Source: Bacteroidetes bacterium GWE2_42_24
GTDB taxonomy: Bacteria; Bacteroidota; Bacteroidia; Bacteroidales; TTA-H9
Reading direction: 5' to 3'
Length of the DNA: 64,000 nucleotides
Assembly: GCA_001768515.1 (NCBI GenBank)
Contig: MEOA01000010.1
Span: forward strand, 140,490-204,489
Below, piece by piece: positions 18,823 through 29,931 of the stretch. The position numbers and the translations under genes were made by a program. Under the pieces are notes generated by a model that was not told the origin of the DNA, made no database searches, and worked only from the letters and a program-made list of their open reading frames with translations. Numbering within the stretch: the first letter of the stretch is position 1; the number at the start of each line of letters is the position of its first letter.

Positions 18823-21561
18823 GTGCTGACCATAAAAAAAATTTCCTTTCAGACCCTTTCCAGGGTATTCATCATCACTTTACTGATGATTGTTAACGTG
18901 GAGGTTGCCATGAGTCAGGTCATCACAGCCGATACCCTCGTTGACCAAACAGGTCATGACGACACTACAATTATTGTACAACCGACAGGCGATACTACTC
19001 CCCCCAGCCTTACAGACACTGCTTCGCTATTATCTGACTCAGCAGATATTAAAGGAATTGACATGTCTATTAAAAAGAAAGAGAATGGTGTTGATTCGCC
19101 TGTAACATACAAGGCTGTTGATTCAATTCGATTTAGTATCCCGGAGAAAAAGATTTATATGTACAAGAACGGCGAGGTATATTACCAAAAAATTACGCTC
19201 AAAGCCGATTACATCGAACCCGACTTTAACACCAATGTCATCTATGCTACAGGCCTTACCGACAGTTTGGGGAAAACAACCGGGCAACCTGTTTTCACCG
19301 AGAATGACCAAAGTTTCAGATCAAAGGCCATGACGTACAATTTCAAAACAAGAAAAGGAGTTATTCAGAGTGTCATCACCAAGGAAGGAGAAGGGTACCT
19401 GCATGGACAGCGAGTAAAGAAGATGTCCGATAACACTATTAACATTCAGGGGGGCAAATACACGACCTGCAACCTTGACCATCCGCATTTCGAGTTCAGG
19501 TTTAACAAATCGAAAGTAATTCCAGATAATAAAATTATTACAGGACCTGCCCACCTTGTCATCGAGGGGGTGAGTACTCCACTATTTATTCCTTTCGGAT
19601 TATTTCCCAATAAGAAAGGTCAAAAATCGGGTGTTATCATTCCAACATATGGTGAATCCACAAACAGGGGTTTCTATTTCGAAAACGGAGGTTACTATTG
19701 GGCCATCAGCGATTACATGGACCTCGAGATGCTAGGCGATATCTATACCCGGGGAAGTTGGGCTCTCAAACCAAATTTCAGGTATGTGAAACGTTACAAA
19801 TACAGTGGAAACATGAATCTGAACATCGCACATAATATGACAGGTGACAGAGGGGCTCCCGATTTTAGCGAAAACAAAGATTTCTCTATCAGATGGTCTC
19901 ACAGGCAGGACCCCAAAGCAAGACCAAACTCAAACTTCTCTGCCAATGTAAACATCGTTTCCAACAGTTATAACAAATATAATCCCACCTCCACGGCCAA
20001 CTACCTGAGCAATCAATTTCAGTCGAGCATCAGTTACCAGACCAATTTCGATCAAAAATATTATCTCACCCTAAATGCCAGTCATAACCAAAACACTCTC
20101 AACAAGAGTGTGTCGGTTACCCTTCCTTCGATCACCTTTACCGCCAACAGATTTTATCCTTTCAGGGCAAAAAAACAGGTAGGGACACTTAAATGGTATG
20201 AAAATATTACAGTGAACTATTCTGCAAATGCTGAAAACAGAGTTAACACATACGATTCATTACTTTTCGATAATAAATGGGCATCACGTATGACAAACGG
20301 GGTAAAACACTCCATACCGATCAGTAGTTCTATCAAGGTGCTGAAGTATTTCACCCTAACAAACAGCATCAGCCTGACCGAAAGGTGGTACTACAAGACC
20401 ATACGTAAAAACTGGACTAATGACAGCCTCTTTACAGCCACTGATACCACGGTGGGGTATGTCAGGGAAGATACGATAGATGGCTTCGCTGCATCGCATG
20501 ATTTCAGCCTGTCATCGAGTTTAAATACGCGACTCTATGGCATGCTCTCATTCAAGAAAGGGCCAATTCTTGCTATAAGGCACGTGTTTTCTCCTAGTCT
20601 AAGTTTCTCATGGCGACCCGATTTCTCTGATCCATGGTGGGGTTATTACAAAACCTACCAAAAAGATGCCAATGGGACTATTGGCACCTATTCCATCTTC
20701 GAACGGGGAATATACGGAGGACCCAGTTCAGGAAAATCGGGAAGCATTTCTTTCAGTCTTTCCAACAACCTCGAGATGAAGGTAAGATCAAGAAAAGATA
20801 CCATAACAGGAACGAAAAAGATTAAACTGATTGAAAATTTCACCATCAGCGGTTCATATAATCTGGCAGCTGACTCATTGAAATGGTCAAAAATCACAAT
20901 GAATGGGAGAACAACCCTTTTTAAAAATCTTACGCTAAATTATCGAAGTTCATGGGATCCATATGTGCTTGATTCAACTGGAAAAAGAAGACTCAATAAG
21001 CTTGAGTGGGATGTAAACCGCCGGCTATTCAGGCTTGAAAATACAAATTGGAGTTTTGCTCTCACATGGAACCTGAAAGGTGGTTCAGGCAAAGGGACGA
21101 AGAAGGGAAACGATCAGGAGAACGAAACCGATGCACGGCGTCGGGAACTAGCTCCGGATGATCCGGAATTGGCCGACATCTATTACAATCCCGACAATTA
21201 TGTAAATTTCAACGTTCCCTGGTCACTGAACATCTCCTACAGTTTCTCGCACACATCTACTCATACCTATCCCAATTATGAGGATGTGAATACAAAAAAG
21301 CTAATCCAGTCGCTCAGTTTCAGCGGTGATGTGAGTCTGACACCCAAATGGAAAGTGAGTTTTACCTCGGGTTATGACTTCGAAAATAAAAAAATCAACT
21401 ACACCTCCATCAACATCTTCAGAGACTTGCATTGCTGGGAGATGCGATTTAACTGGATTCCCATCGGTGCCATGAAGTCATGGAATTTCCAGATCAATGT
21501 GAAATCCTCTATACTGCAGGACCTTAAGCTAACCAAGAAGAAAGACTTCAGGGATAGATAA
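18823..21561 (+). CDS. LptD/OstA-like outer-membrane protein (putative LPS assembly protein of the Bacteroidetes type)
   Basis: Large beta-rich protein with an OstA-like N-terminal segment, divergent from the amidase/mlaD genes. Start is uncertain: the ORF track uses TTG 18760, while in-frame GTG 18823 gives a signal-peptide-like N-terminus. Confidence 0.5.
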   Translation: MLTIKKISFQTLSRVFIITLLMIVNVEVAMSQVITADTLVDQTGHDDTTIIVQPTGDTTPPSLTDTASLLSDSADIKGIDMSIKKKENGVDSPVTYKAVDSIRFSIPEKKIYMYKNGEVYYQKITLKADYIEPDFNTNVIYATGLTDSLGKTTGQPVFTENDQSFRSKAMTYNFKTRKGVIQSVITKEGEGYLHGQRVKKMSDNTINIQGGKYTTCNLDHPHFEFRFNKSKVIPDNKIITGPAHLVIEGVSTPLFIPFGLFPNKKGQKSGVIIPTYGESTNRGFYFENGGYYWAISDYMDLEMLGDIYTRGSWALKPNFRYVKRYKYSGNMNLNIAHNMTGDRGAPDFSENKDFSIRWSHRQDPKARPNSNFSANVNIVSNSYNKYNPTSTANYLSNQFQSSISYQTNFDQKYYLTLNASHNQNTLNKSVSVTLPSITFTANRFYPFRAKKQVGTLKWYENITVNYSANAENRVNTYDSLLFDNKWASRMTNGVKHSIPISSSIKVLKYFTLTNSISLTERWYYKTIRKNWTNDSLFTATDTTVGYVREDTIDGFAASHDFSLSSSLNTRLYGMLSFKKGPILAIRHVFSPSLSFSWRPDFSDPWWGYYKTYQKDANGTIGTYSIFERGIYGGPSSGKSGSISFSLSNNLEMKVRSRKDTITGTKKIKLIENFTISGSYNLAADSLKWSKITMNGRTTLFKNLTLNYRSSWDPYVLDSTGKRRLNKLEWDVNRRLFRLENTNWSFALTWNLKGGSGKGTKKGNDQENETDARRRELAPDDPELADIYYNPDNYVNFNVPWSLNISYSFSHTSTHTYPNYEDVNTKKLIQSLSFSGDVSLTPKWKVSFTSGYDFENKKINYTSINIFRDLHCWEMRFNWIPIGAMKSWNFQINVKSSILQDLKLTKKKDFRDR

Positions 21562-21825
21562 GAGAATTAAAAAGCAGGATTGGGTTTATACTCAGAAACA
21601 AGGGGCCCTTCACCCTTTCCCATATCATAGTAATCCGGACATCATCTACCTGGGAAACAATTTGACAATATGACCATACTAACCCATTGTCAGAAATTTG
21701 GATATAATCTCCTTTCACCCGAAAAAGCCAAATAAACCTATTAGAAATCAAGTAATCTGCGCTTAATGATATCTTGAAAAAAGACTCGCGGGAGGTTTAA
21801 TTCTGTTTTGTATTTGCTCAGGGAA

Positions 21826-23091
21826 TCATCCCCCGGCGGCAGCTTCTCCCGCAACCCATCCTGTTGAAAAGGCGATCTGGAGGTTGTAACCACCAGTATC
21901 AGCATCTACATCCATCAATTCTCCTGCGAAATAAAGCCCTTTGATCTTTTTTGAGGCCAGTGTTTTTGGATCAATTTCACGCGTACTCACCCCTCCTTTG
22001 GTAATGATGGCTTCATTGAAGCCACGTACTCCCTTCACTTCAAAACAGAACTCCTTAAGCCAGTTGCGGAGTTTTTTACGTTCGTCGGCTTTTAGCTGGT
22101 GGGCTGGCTTGAAAGGCTCTATGGCAAGCAGATTGAGACATACATCCACCATCGAGGCCGGCAAAAGGGTTCTCACCATGTTTTGTACCTGTCGTGCTCC
22201 ATTTTCATCGATTTCACGTAACAAACGCTCATCAAGTTTTTTATGATCGAGGGCAGGTTTCAGGTCAATGTGAACCGACATCCCTTCAGGCTTTGTCAAT
22301 TCTATCGCAAACCGGCGGCTTAAAGTCAGGATGATTGGACCTGTCAGACCGAAATGTGCGAACAACATTTCACCAAATTCTTCTCCCAGCTTTTTACCAC
22401 CCAACCATACCGAGGCTGTTACATTCTTCAGGCTGACTCCCTGCAGCTTCTCAGCCACATCACCTTTTGTAACAACAGGAACCAGTGCAGGCAGGATTGG
22501 GGTTATATGATGGCCTATCTGGCGCAACATGACATAACCGTCACCCGAACTACCTGTCCCGGGATAAGAGGCCCCACCGGTTGTTAAAATAACCTTGCGG
22601 GCAAGAAGCTGCTCCCCTTCTATTGTCTCAATACCACAAATGCATTCATTTTGTATAAGGATTCTGTTTACCCGGCAATGGGTTCTCATTGTAACCCCGG
22701 CATTATTCAAGGCTTTAACCAGTGCATCTGTCACATCGGCAGCACGATTGCTTACAGGAAAAATCCGTCCGCCACGTTCTTCTGTTGTCTCCACTCCGTT
22801 CAGACTGAGAAAATCAATGACCTGGCGGCTGAAAAACCTGGAAAAAACATTACGCAGAAATTTAGGGTCAGGGCCTGTCTTTTCCATAAAAGCTGAAAGT
22901 GGTGCAGAATTGGTAATGTTACAACGTCCCTTACCCGTAATGTTTATCTTTCGTCCCGGACGTTCCATCTTCTCGAGCAACAACACGCGTGCCCCCTTAC
23001 CGGCCGCTGCAAGGGACGCCATCATACCCGAGGCTCCTGCACCGACAACAATGACATCGTAATTTATCTTTTTATTATGTGATGGATCCAT
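21826..23091 (-). CDS. HI0933/BaiN-like NAD(P)/FAD-dependent oxidoreductase
   Basis: Rossmann motif DVIVVGAGASGMMA and the family-typical C-terminal motif GELMDVDADTGGYNLQ. Confidence 0.75.
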   Translation of the reverse strand: MDPSHNKKINYDVIVVGAGASGMMASLAAAGKGARVLLLEKMERPGRKINITGKGRCNITNSAPLSAFMEKTGPDPKFLRNVFSRFFSRQVIDFLSLNGVETTEERGGRIFPVSNRAADVTDALVKALNNAGVTMRTHCRVNRILIQNECICGIETIEGEQLLARKVILTTGGASYPGTGSSGDGYVMLRQIGHHITPILPALVPVVTKGDVAEKLQGVSLKNVTASVWLGGKKLGEEFGEMLFAHFGLTGPIILTLSRRFAIELTKPEGMSVHIDLKPALDHKKLDERLLREIDENGARQVQNMVRTLLPASMVDVCLNLLAIEPFKPAHQLKADERKKLRNWLKEFCFEVKGVRGFNEAIITKGGVSTREIDPKTLASKKIKGLYFAGELMDVDADTGGYNLQIAFSTGWVAGEAAAGG

Positions 23092-23226
23092 GCTTAATAA
23101 TTCTATTGATATAGGTCATACAGGTTATTGAGATATACTAATTTTTGTATCATTTCAGGAGACAAAAACGCTTCATGACCTGCCTTTTAAAACCATCGCT
23201 GTCATATCTGTTGGGCTTAACTATTC

Positions 23227-24954
23227 CTATTGCGCTGAATTAATTTCAGCGATGATCGACTCCGCCGCCCTTATTCCATCAACTGCGGCCGATACAATGC
23301 CGCCGGCATAGCCAGCCCCTTCACCAACGGGAAAAATTCCCCTTATTGAAGAATGTCCATCATCGCCACGTACAATCCGTACCGGTGATGAACTTCGGCT
23401 CTCTATGCCTGTCAGCAGAGCCGAACCCATTGCAAATCCCTTCATCTTCATATCAAACATTGGCAGAGCAGATTGGATAGACTTAATCACAGGTTTTGGT
23501 AAACACAAGCTAAGGCGGGTAAGCTTGATTCCCGGACGATAAGTTGGTTTCACATCGAGAACTCTCGGTGATACTCGGTCGGACATAAAGTCACCGACCA
23601 GCTGCGCCGGGGCTACATAGCCTCCCCCACCAAGATTATATGCTTTCTCTTCCCACAATCGCTGAAATTGCACCCCTGCCAGCGGATGAGCAGAACCAAA
23701 ATCAGTGGGGCCTACATTCACGAGCAGGGCACTGTTGGAATTGATATTCATACGGTCATACTCACTCATTCCATTAGTCACCTGACGGTTATGTTCAGAG
23801 GCTGCAGCAACCACAAAACCACCCGGGCACATACAGAAAGTATAAACCGGACGCTGTCCCCTTGGTTGTACCGCCATTTTATAACGAGCCGTACCCAGAT
23901 CACTGTGCCCGGACATCTTGCCGTATTGGGCATGGTCAATAAATTCGCGTGGATGTTCAATTCGCAGGCCTATAGAAAATACCTTTTGCTGCATCTGAAC
24001 ACCTTTCTCAAAAAGCATCTCAAAAGTATCACGCGCAGAGTGCCCGATGGCTAACACCAGATGTGACAGCTCCAACTCTTCACTGGTGTTCAGCTCAATA
24101 CATCGAAGAATATTATCGGTATGCCTGAAATTAGTTAATATTGTATCAAAGCGGAAGGTTCCGCCTAAAGCCTCAATCTCTTTACGCAGATTGATCACTA
24201 CGCTGCGAAGTCGGTCAGTTCCTATGTGCGGTTTGGCATCCCAGAGAATTTCTTCCGGAGCCCCTGCTTTTACAAACTCCTCGAATAAAAACCTCGTCCG
24301 ATGATCATTAATCAATGAATAAAGTTTTCCATCGGAAAAGGTCCCGGCACCACCTTCCCCAAACTGCACGTTGCTCGAAGTATCAAGCTTTCCAGTAGCA
24401 AAGAATGACTCAACATCCTTTACCCTCTTTTCGACCTTGCTTCCCCGCTCAAGAATGAGAGGAATCAAACCAGCTCTTGCAAGGACGAGAGCCGCAAATA
24501 AACCTGCAGGCCCTGAGCCCGCAATAACCGGCCGATGTTGAAGAGCAGGCCTGCAAACAACAGGTATGTTATATTGATATTCTTCAGATTTACGGATTCG
24601 ATGACGTACAATTACCTCTTTACGACCAGGGATGGCATCAGCACTATCAAGCCATTCATCCTCACCGGTAAAATTAACATCCACAGCGTAAATCAAACGA
24701 ATGTTCCCCTTATTGCGGGAATCGATAGCACTCTTCCTGACAATAATATTTCTGACAGGCCCATCAGGATAAATCATCCCAACGTTAATTACTGGATGCG
24801 GGAGATCATTGTCTGCCTGCTTGTCACATCCCGGGACATTCTTTTTCTGAATGAAGGGGGTTTTATACTCAAATCCAAGGAGACGATGCACCGCTATTAC
24901 TAAATCATTACGAGGATGTCCTGGTGTAAGACTAATTTCTTCAATTCTAATCAA
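23227..24954 (-). CDS. FAD-dependent oxidoreductase (COG2509-like 'NAD(FAD)-utilizing dehydrogenase')
   Basis: 575 aa with a TTG start. Internal dinucleotide-binding motif AGSGPAGLFAALVLA and an N-terminal KSAIDSR segment typical of this family. Confidence 0.6.
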   Translation of the reverse strand: MIRIEEISLTPGHPRNDLVIAVHRLLGFEYKTPFIQKKNVPGCDKQADNDLPHPVINVGMIYPDGPVRNIIVRKSAIDSRNKGNIRLIYAVDVNFTGEDEWLDSADAIPGRKEVIVRHRIRKSEEYQYNIPVVCRPALQHRPVIAGSGPAGLFAALVLARAGLIPLILERGSKVEKRVKDVESFFATGKLDTSSNVQFGEGGAGTFSDGKLYSLINDHRTRFLFEEFVKAGAPEEILWDAKPHIGTDRLRSVVINLRKEIEALGGTFRFDTILTNFRHTDNILRCIELNTSEELELSHLVLAIGHSARDTFEMLFEKGVQMQQKVFSIGLRIEHPREFIDHAQYGKMSGHSDLGTARYKMAVQPRGQRPVYTFCMCPGGFVVAAASEHNRQVTNGMSEYDRMNINSNSALLVNVGPTDFGSAHPLAGVQFQRLWEEKAYNLGGGGYVAPAQLVGDFMSDRVSPRVLDVKPTYRPGIKLTRLSLCLPKPVIKSIQSALPMFDMKMKGFAMGSALLTGIESRSSSPVRIVRGDDGHSSIRGIFPVGEGAGYAGGIVSAAVDGIRAAESIIAEINSAQ

Positions 24955-25009
24955 TCGCTATTTCTTTTGAATTTTAATAGCAGGCTCTATTTCGCCTACT
25001 TATCCTGTG

Positions 25010-25017
25010 CAAAGGTA
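25010..25017 (-). promoter_or_regulatory. -7 box TAccTTTG for the COG2509-like flavoprotein gene
   Basis: The plus strand reads caaaggta, 56 nt upstream of the 24954 start. Confidence 0.4.
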
Positions 25018-25232
25018 ATCTATCAGGTTGATTATTTGCTTGATAAATTACCCAATCAACCTGCTTAACGCATAAGACTTAAAAAAACCCTGCACTTTCT
25101 CTTCAATGGAGTCAGATATTACACAAAAACATATAATTCCAGATTTCTTAACATCGAAAGAAAGGGATCAGAATAAAACCATTGACTCCCGTTATTATCC
25201 CAGAATTGATAGTAATTTATAATCTGCAAATA

Positions 25233-27233
25233 CTATTCACTACGATTGCAATACCGCTTAATCAGGTTATAGGCATTTACCAACCCCAGTTCTCCGGCTC
25301 GGCTTAAGTCTCTGCATGCTACATCGTTTTGTTTGAGAAAGATGAGTATGAGGGCGCGGTTAAAGTGAGCCTCGGCAAGTTTATCATTGAGGTCAATAGC
25401 TCTATTATAATCAACCAGTGCATCCTGATATTTACCCTGTCTTGTCTTCACATTAGCACGGTTAAACCAGGCAAAGCTAAGCTCAGGATTCATCTGAATT
25501 ACCTTATTGTAATCTTCCAGTACCCTTATATAAGCCTGTGATTGGTCATCATTGCCAGCCTGCGCCTTAACGGGAGTTGAGTTGCCAATAGAAATGGTAT
25601 TGATATAATCATTCTCACCTGTTGTTTCTTCGATCACCTGCAGCCGTGTATTGGCTCTGTTCAGATAAGCAAAGGCAAATCCGGGATCAAGATCAATAGC
25701 TTTATCGTAGGCAGTAATTGCACTGTTGTAATTTTGGATCATACCATTCAATACACCAATAAAGAAGTAAGCCAGCGGATCGGTTGGATTCATTCGCGAA
25801 CTACTGTCAACACTCCCAATATATTTAGAAACCTCCTCGGCAGTAAGCGTGTTTTCACGGTTGGTAAGACCAAAATTCAACCGATAGGCATTTTGCCGGT
25901 TAAATTCCGTCATGGCGGACACCCAATAGGCTCCCCGTTTTTGCTTTACATACACCGAATCATTATACAGGTAGGTAATGAAAAAATTACGCTCAAGATC
26001 AACATAAACAGGCTGGTACTGAATACGACCATCGACAGCAGATGTATTACGGAAGTCTGCCTCAAATTCGATAATACGTGCCAGGTAAGCGCTATCGGCA
26101 TAGTTTGCAAGGGTAGAATCACCACTACTTTCAATGTTATGTAATATGAGTTTAGCTTTATTATAATCGACCAGTGCCTCCTTTTCATTTCCCAATTGCC
26201 GCCATGCATCTGAACGATTCATCCATGCCTTAGCAAAATCGGGGAAAAGGGTTATGGCTCTTGAATAATCCTCTATAGCTCCTTTGTAATCTTTTGTAAT
26301 ATGCTTAATAATAGCCCTGTTAAAAGTAGCCAGCACATTATCCGGACTAAGTCGCAAGACTTGATCATAATCTTCAAGGGCCCTTTTATACTCCTTACGT
26401 TCTGAAAAAATCAAAGCCCTGTTATACAGTGTCAGGGAATTATGAGGATCAAGTTCAAGCACCTTGTTCATATCGTCAAACATCAGGTCGCTTTTATCAA
26501 GCTTGTTATATGCCATAGCCCGACTGAAATAAACCGCAGGATCATTTGGTTCAATTCGTAGGGCCGTATTGAAATCATCAATTGCGCCTATGTAGTCGGC
26601 GCTGTCGTATCGAATCTGACCTCTGCGGATATACCCTTCGGTGTAAAATATATTCAAGTGGGTAGCCTTGTCAAGATCAGCCAGGGCACCTTTTACATCT
26701 TTCAAAGCGTTTCGCACCATCCCGCGCATCAGGTAGGCCAGAGAATGATCCTTATCGAGTCGCAAGGCTGAATCCAGATCAGCAAGTGCCAACCGGTAGT
26801 CTTTGTTCTGGAACCTCGAAATCCCTCGGTTCACATATATATCAGGGTTAAGCGGGTCGATGCGGAGAGCTGCGGCATAATCCTTCATTGCTTTGGTAAC
26901 ATCACGCAGGCGATCGCGCGTTATTGCTCTGTAATGCAAGGCAGGCGAAAACAGTGGATGTATCTCCAGGCAACGGTTGAAGTCGGCCTCACTCCCCTTG
27001 TAGTCACCAAGATTGTACTTCGCAATGCCACGATAAAACCAAGGTTCATACATTTCCGGAGCATTGTATATGACAACATTCAGATTCCGGATGGCTTCTG
27101 TAAATTTCCCTTCCGAAAGATACTGCATTCCACTAAAAACAAAGTGGGGGATATTAACCTGAGCCCTTACATTCAGAGCACTACAGGCTGTGATCAAAAT
27201 AAACAAAAAACGACGCAGGAAAAATTTTCGCAT
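25233..27233 (-). CDS. Secreted tetratricopeptide-repeat (TPR) protein
   Basis: Signal peptide and many 34-aa TPR-like units (..A..D...AL.L.P....Y..RG...). Confidence 0.8.
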   Translation of the reverse strand: MRKFFLRRFLFILITACSALNVRAQVNIPHFVFSGMQYLSEGKFTEAIRNLNVVIYNAPEMYEPWFYRGIAKYNLGDYKGSEADFNRCLEIHPLFSPALHYRAITRDRLRDVTKAMKDYAAALRIDPLNPDIYVNRGISRFQNKDYRLALADLDSALRLDKDHSLAYLMRGMVRNALKDVKGALADLDKATHLNIFYTEGYIRRGQIRYDSADYIGAIDDFNTALRIEPNDPAVYFSRAMAYNKLDKSDLMFDDMNKVLELDPHNSLTLYNRALIFSERKEYKRALEDYDQVLRLSPDNVLATFNRAIIKHITKDYKGAIEDYSRAITLFPDFAKAWMNRSDAWRQLGNEKEALVDYNKAKLILHNIESSGDSTLANYADSAYLARIIEFEADFRNTSAVDGRIQYQPVYVDLERNFFITYLYNDSVYVKQKRGAYWVSAMTEFNRQNAYRLNFGLTNRENTLTAEEVSKYIGSVDSSSRMNPTDPLAYFFIGVLNGMIQNYNSAITAYDKAIDLDPGFAFAYLNRANTRLQVIEETTGENDYINTISIGNSTPVKAQAGNDDQSQAYIRVLEDYNKVIQMNPELSFAWFNRANVKTRQGKYQDALVDYNRAIDLNDKLAEAHFNRALILIFLKQNDVACRDLSRAGELGLVNAYNLIKRYCNRSE

Positions 27234-27322
27234 CGGGCCTTATGGGTTTGAATTAAAAGGACGCAAAAGTAACGGAAAAGGGCACAAAACATTGCACGTA
27301 ACGTATGTTCCACAATGACAAT

Positions 27323-29878
27323 TCATCGCGCCGGCAATTTGTTTTTAGCATCTGAAGAGCCATACCAACTTCTCACCTTCAACCCTTCATGCAAATCACT
27401 AATTGATTTGTTGCTTTCTATCCTAATGATTTCTGGTCGTTCCGGCATCAGGTCGAAAAAATTATCTGAAAAAACAGCCTCTGAATCGTTTTCAAATCTT
27501 ATAAAAACATCAAAGGCAGGATACTCTGACATTACCTTAAGCTCATGAATATGGTCACCGACAGTCATGAGCGTATAACTGACTTTGGGATCCCTCAATA
27601 CCAAATCAGCCGGACGGCACAATGTTGTTCTACATCTGGCAATATCCCCACTGCCAGCGGATGAAAGTACGGCTGTAATAAACACGTCATTTTTATCAGT
27701 GTCGGTCATCAGCTCTCTCAATGCTTTCTTCATCAACACACAGCCATGGTCTCTATCAAGGTTGACCTTCTCATTTATTGTATGGATAGTTTCACCATCA
27801 AGTGAGATAACTCTTACTGTCAATTCCAATTCCCTAGTCAAATCTGCTTCAGTTACGGCTTCAATCCAAAGGGTATCTAACCTGACCGAAGCGGTGATGA
27901 GGGTTGGAGCAAATAATCGACTGGTCTGATAAAAAAAAGCCTTCGGCCTGCCAAAATAGTCGACAGATGACCATGAAGTAACTGGCCAACAATCATTTAG
28001 TTGCCAGTATAATGTCCCCATGCAACGAGGCATGGCAAGCCGGTGAGATTCGACAGCAAAACCCATTCCCCTCGCCTGCAATACCTGACTTAGATAAATA
28101 TACTGATCAAAGTCAGCCGGAAGATTAAAATCACGCTTCAGATAGGTTTCGATGGTTTCACCTCCAGTAGCATGTTTCTGATGGGCTTTCATCAGCGGAT
28201 GTGAAAAGGAAAGTTTATTGCGTTCGCCAGCCCAATAACTTATTGTGGAAGGATGAGGATAACTCTGAAAACCATATTCACTCATAAAGCGACCTGTTTT
28301 CTTCCTGTATATTTCAAAAGGTTCATTCCCCCACCATACTCCCCAATAGTGCATATCACCATACCTCAGACTCTCTTTTCTGCCCCACCCGATCGACGGA
28401 GACGAAGGCCACCACGGCCGGGTGGTATCATTCTGAGCCAGTACATCAGGCAAAATAGTATCAAACAACCGTTTGTAATCACCCCAAACTTTAAGTGAAT
28501 CTGCTTTGGTATAACCAAAAACCTTCTGGTAACCCCAATTATGCCATGCTTCATCAATTTCATTGTTTCCACACCAGAGTACAACAGATGGATGTGGCCT
28601 GAGCCGCTTTACCTGCCAGATTGCCTCCAATCTTACTTCTTCAGCCATCTGAGGGGTAGCAGGAGGAAAATAGCAGGCAAACATAAAATCCTGCCATACC
28701 ATCAGACCAAGCGAATCGCATAAATTGTAAAACAAATCCCGTTCGTAGATTCCACCACCCCATACACGCAGCATATTAAACCCCTGCCCTGCGGCTCGTG
28801 AAAGCAGTTGTCTGTATTTCAGGTCATCTGGACGTGTAATAAAATTATCCTGCGGAATATAGTTAGCTCCCTTCGCGAAGACTGGTTTTCCGTTTATCCG
28901 AAAGAGAAAAGATACCCCGGATGAATCGGGCTCCTGAACCAACTCAACCATTCTGACCCCAAAAGGCACTTCCACCGCAGAGTCAAACAAATCAGATTCA
29001 ACAACAAGATGATATAAAAAGGGCTTACCATAGCCATTGGGCCACCACAGCTTTGGATTACTAATTTCGAACGGTATCCTGATCTCATTGTGTCCCACGT
29101 CCAATCTGACTTTTATCGTTTCCGAAATGCCGGCCTTCGACTCAATACATTTAAGCGTCATTATCATTTCCTGATCGGCGCTTACTTCCAATATTGCATT
29201 AATGAAGGCCCTGTCTGATTCTATCTTACGGGTAATTACCCGGGCACTAATCAACTTCAGTTCATTCCAACCATGAATCTTGACCGGCGCTGTGATGCCG
29301 CACGTAATGAGCCTTGGCCCCCAGTCCCAGCCATATTGATAGCCGGGCTTGCGGCTAAAGGTCCGATTATCGGGCAGCCTTGTCTTATAAGCCATAGCGG
29401 CAAGCGAATCATGAACTGAAGCAGGGTGGAATACAATCAATAACTCATGAACCCCATTCCTCCATCCACCCGTTATTGGAAGTAATGAAGGGCGAAACAT
29501 ATTTTGCGTCGTAAGGACTATTTTACCATCAATATAGACCTCTGAATGAGTATCAACACCACTGAGAACCAGTTCAGCATATTCGAATGCATTAAGCGAC
29601 CCACAATCGAATTTAGCCCTATATAACCAGGTTTCACGCTCAACCCATTGTACGAGTTTCTCATTTTCTCCAATATATGGATCCGGAATGAGGTGATAAG
29701 CGAGCAAATCCTGATGAACAGTTCCGGGGACCTTGGCATTCCGCCAGATTCCTTCTGAAGCACTACTAAACTCGAAATCTGATATTATGATGGTAGAAGT
29801 CTTGCCAATAACAGGTTGACCATAACTGATAGCAAAAACAGAAAAGAAAAGCCAGAGGATAAACCGAAACTGTTTCAT
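27323..29878 (-). CDS. Glycoside hydrolase family 2, beta-mannosidase-like
   Basis: 851 aa with a signal peptide. WCGNNE (acid/base Glu context) and MSEYGFQS (nucleophile Glu context) are typical of GH2 beta-mannosidases. Confidence 0.8.
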   Translation of the reverse strand: MKQFRFILWLFFSVFAISYGQPVIGKTSTIIISDFEFSSASEGIWRNAKVPGTVHQDLLAYHLIPDPYIGENEKLVQWVERETWLYRAKFDCGSLNAFEYAELVLSGVDTHSEVYIDGKIVLTTQNMFRPSLLPITGGWRNGVHELLIVFHPASVHDSLAAMAYKTRLPDNRTFSRKPGYQYGWDWGPRLITCGITAPVKIHGWNELKLISARVITRKIESDRAFINAILEVSADQEMIMTLKCIESKAGISETIKVRLDVGHNEIRIPFEISNPKLWWPNGYGKPFLYHLVVESDLFDSAVEVPFGVRMVELVQEPDSSGVSFLFRINGKPVFAKGANYIPQDNFITRPDDLKYRQLLSRAAGQGFNMLRVWGGGIYERDLFYNLCDSLGLMVWQDFMFACYFPPATPQMAEEVRLEAIWQVKRLRPHPSVVLWCGNNEIDEAWHNWGYQKVFGYTKADSLKVWGDYKRLFDTILPDVLAQNDTTRPWWPSSPSIGWGRKESLRYGDMHYWGVWWGNEPFEIYRKKTGRFMSEYGFQSYPHPSTISYWAGERNKLSFSHPLMKAHQKHATGGETIETYLKRDFNLPADFDQYIYLSQVLQARGMGFAVESHRLAMPRCMGTLYWQLNDCWPVTSWSSVDYFGRPKAFFYQTSRLFAPTLITASVRLDTLWIEAVTEADLTRELELTVRVISLDGETIHTINEKVNLDRDHGCVLMKKALRELMTDTDKNDVFITAVLSSAGSGDIARCRTTLCRPADLVLRDPKVSYTLMTVGDHIHELKVMSEYPAFDVFIRFENDSEAVFSDNFFDLMPERPEIIRIESNKSISDLHEGLKVRSWYGSSDAKNKLPAR

Positions 29879-29931
29879 GAATATAAGAAAAATTTCCGGC
29901 TAAGTTAAAAATAAGCGCTGAACCTGATTGT

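Noticed and set aside
21548-21751. 67-aa minus-strand ORF after the LptD-like gene
   Set aside because: It overlaps the LptD-like stop region and has no promoter box and no motif. It is probably a spurious frame in a spacer.
22595-23062. Other long antisense ORFs: 22595-23062, 50920-51387, 5093-5557, 37451-37861
   Set aside because: Each is embedded antisense in a gene with strong family motifs. None has recognisable motifs or its own promoter box.
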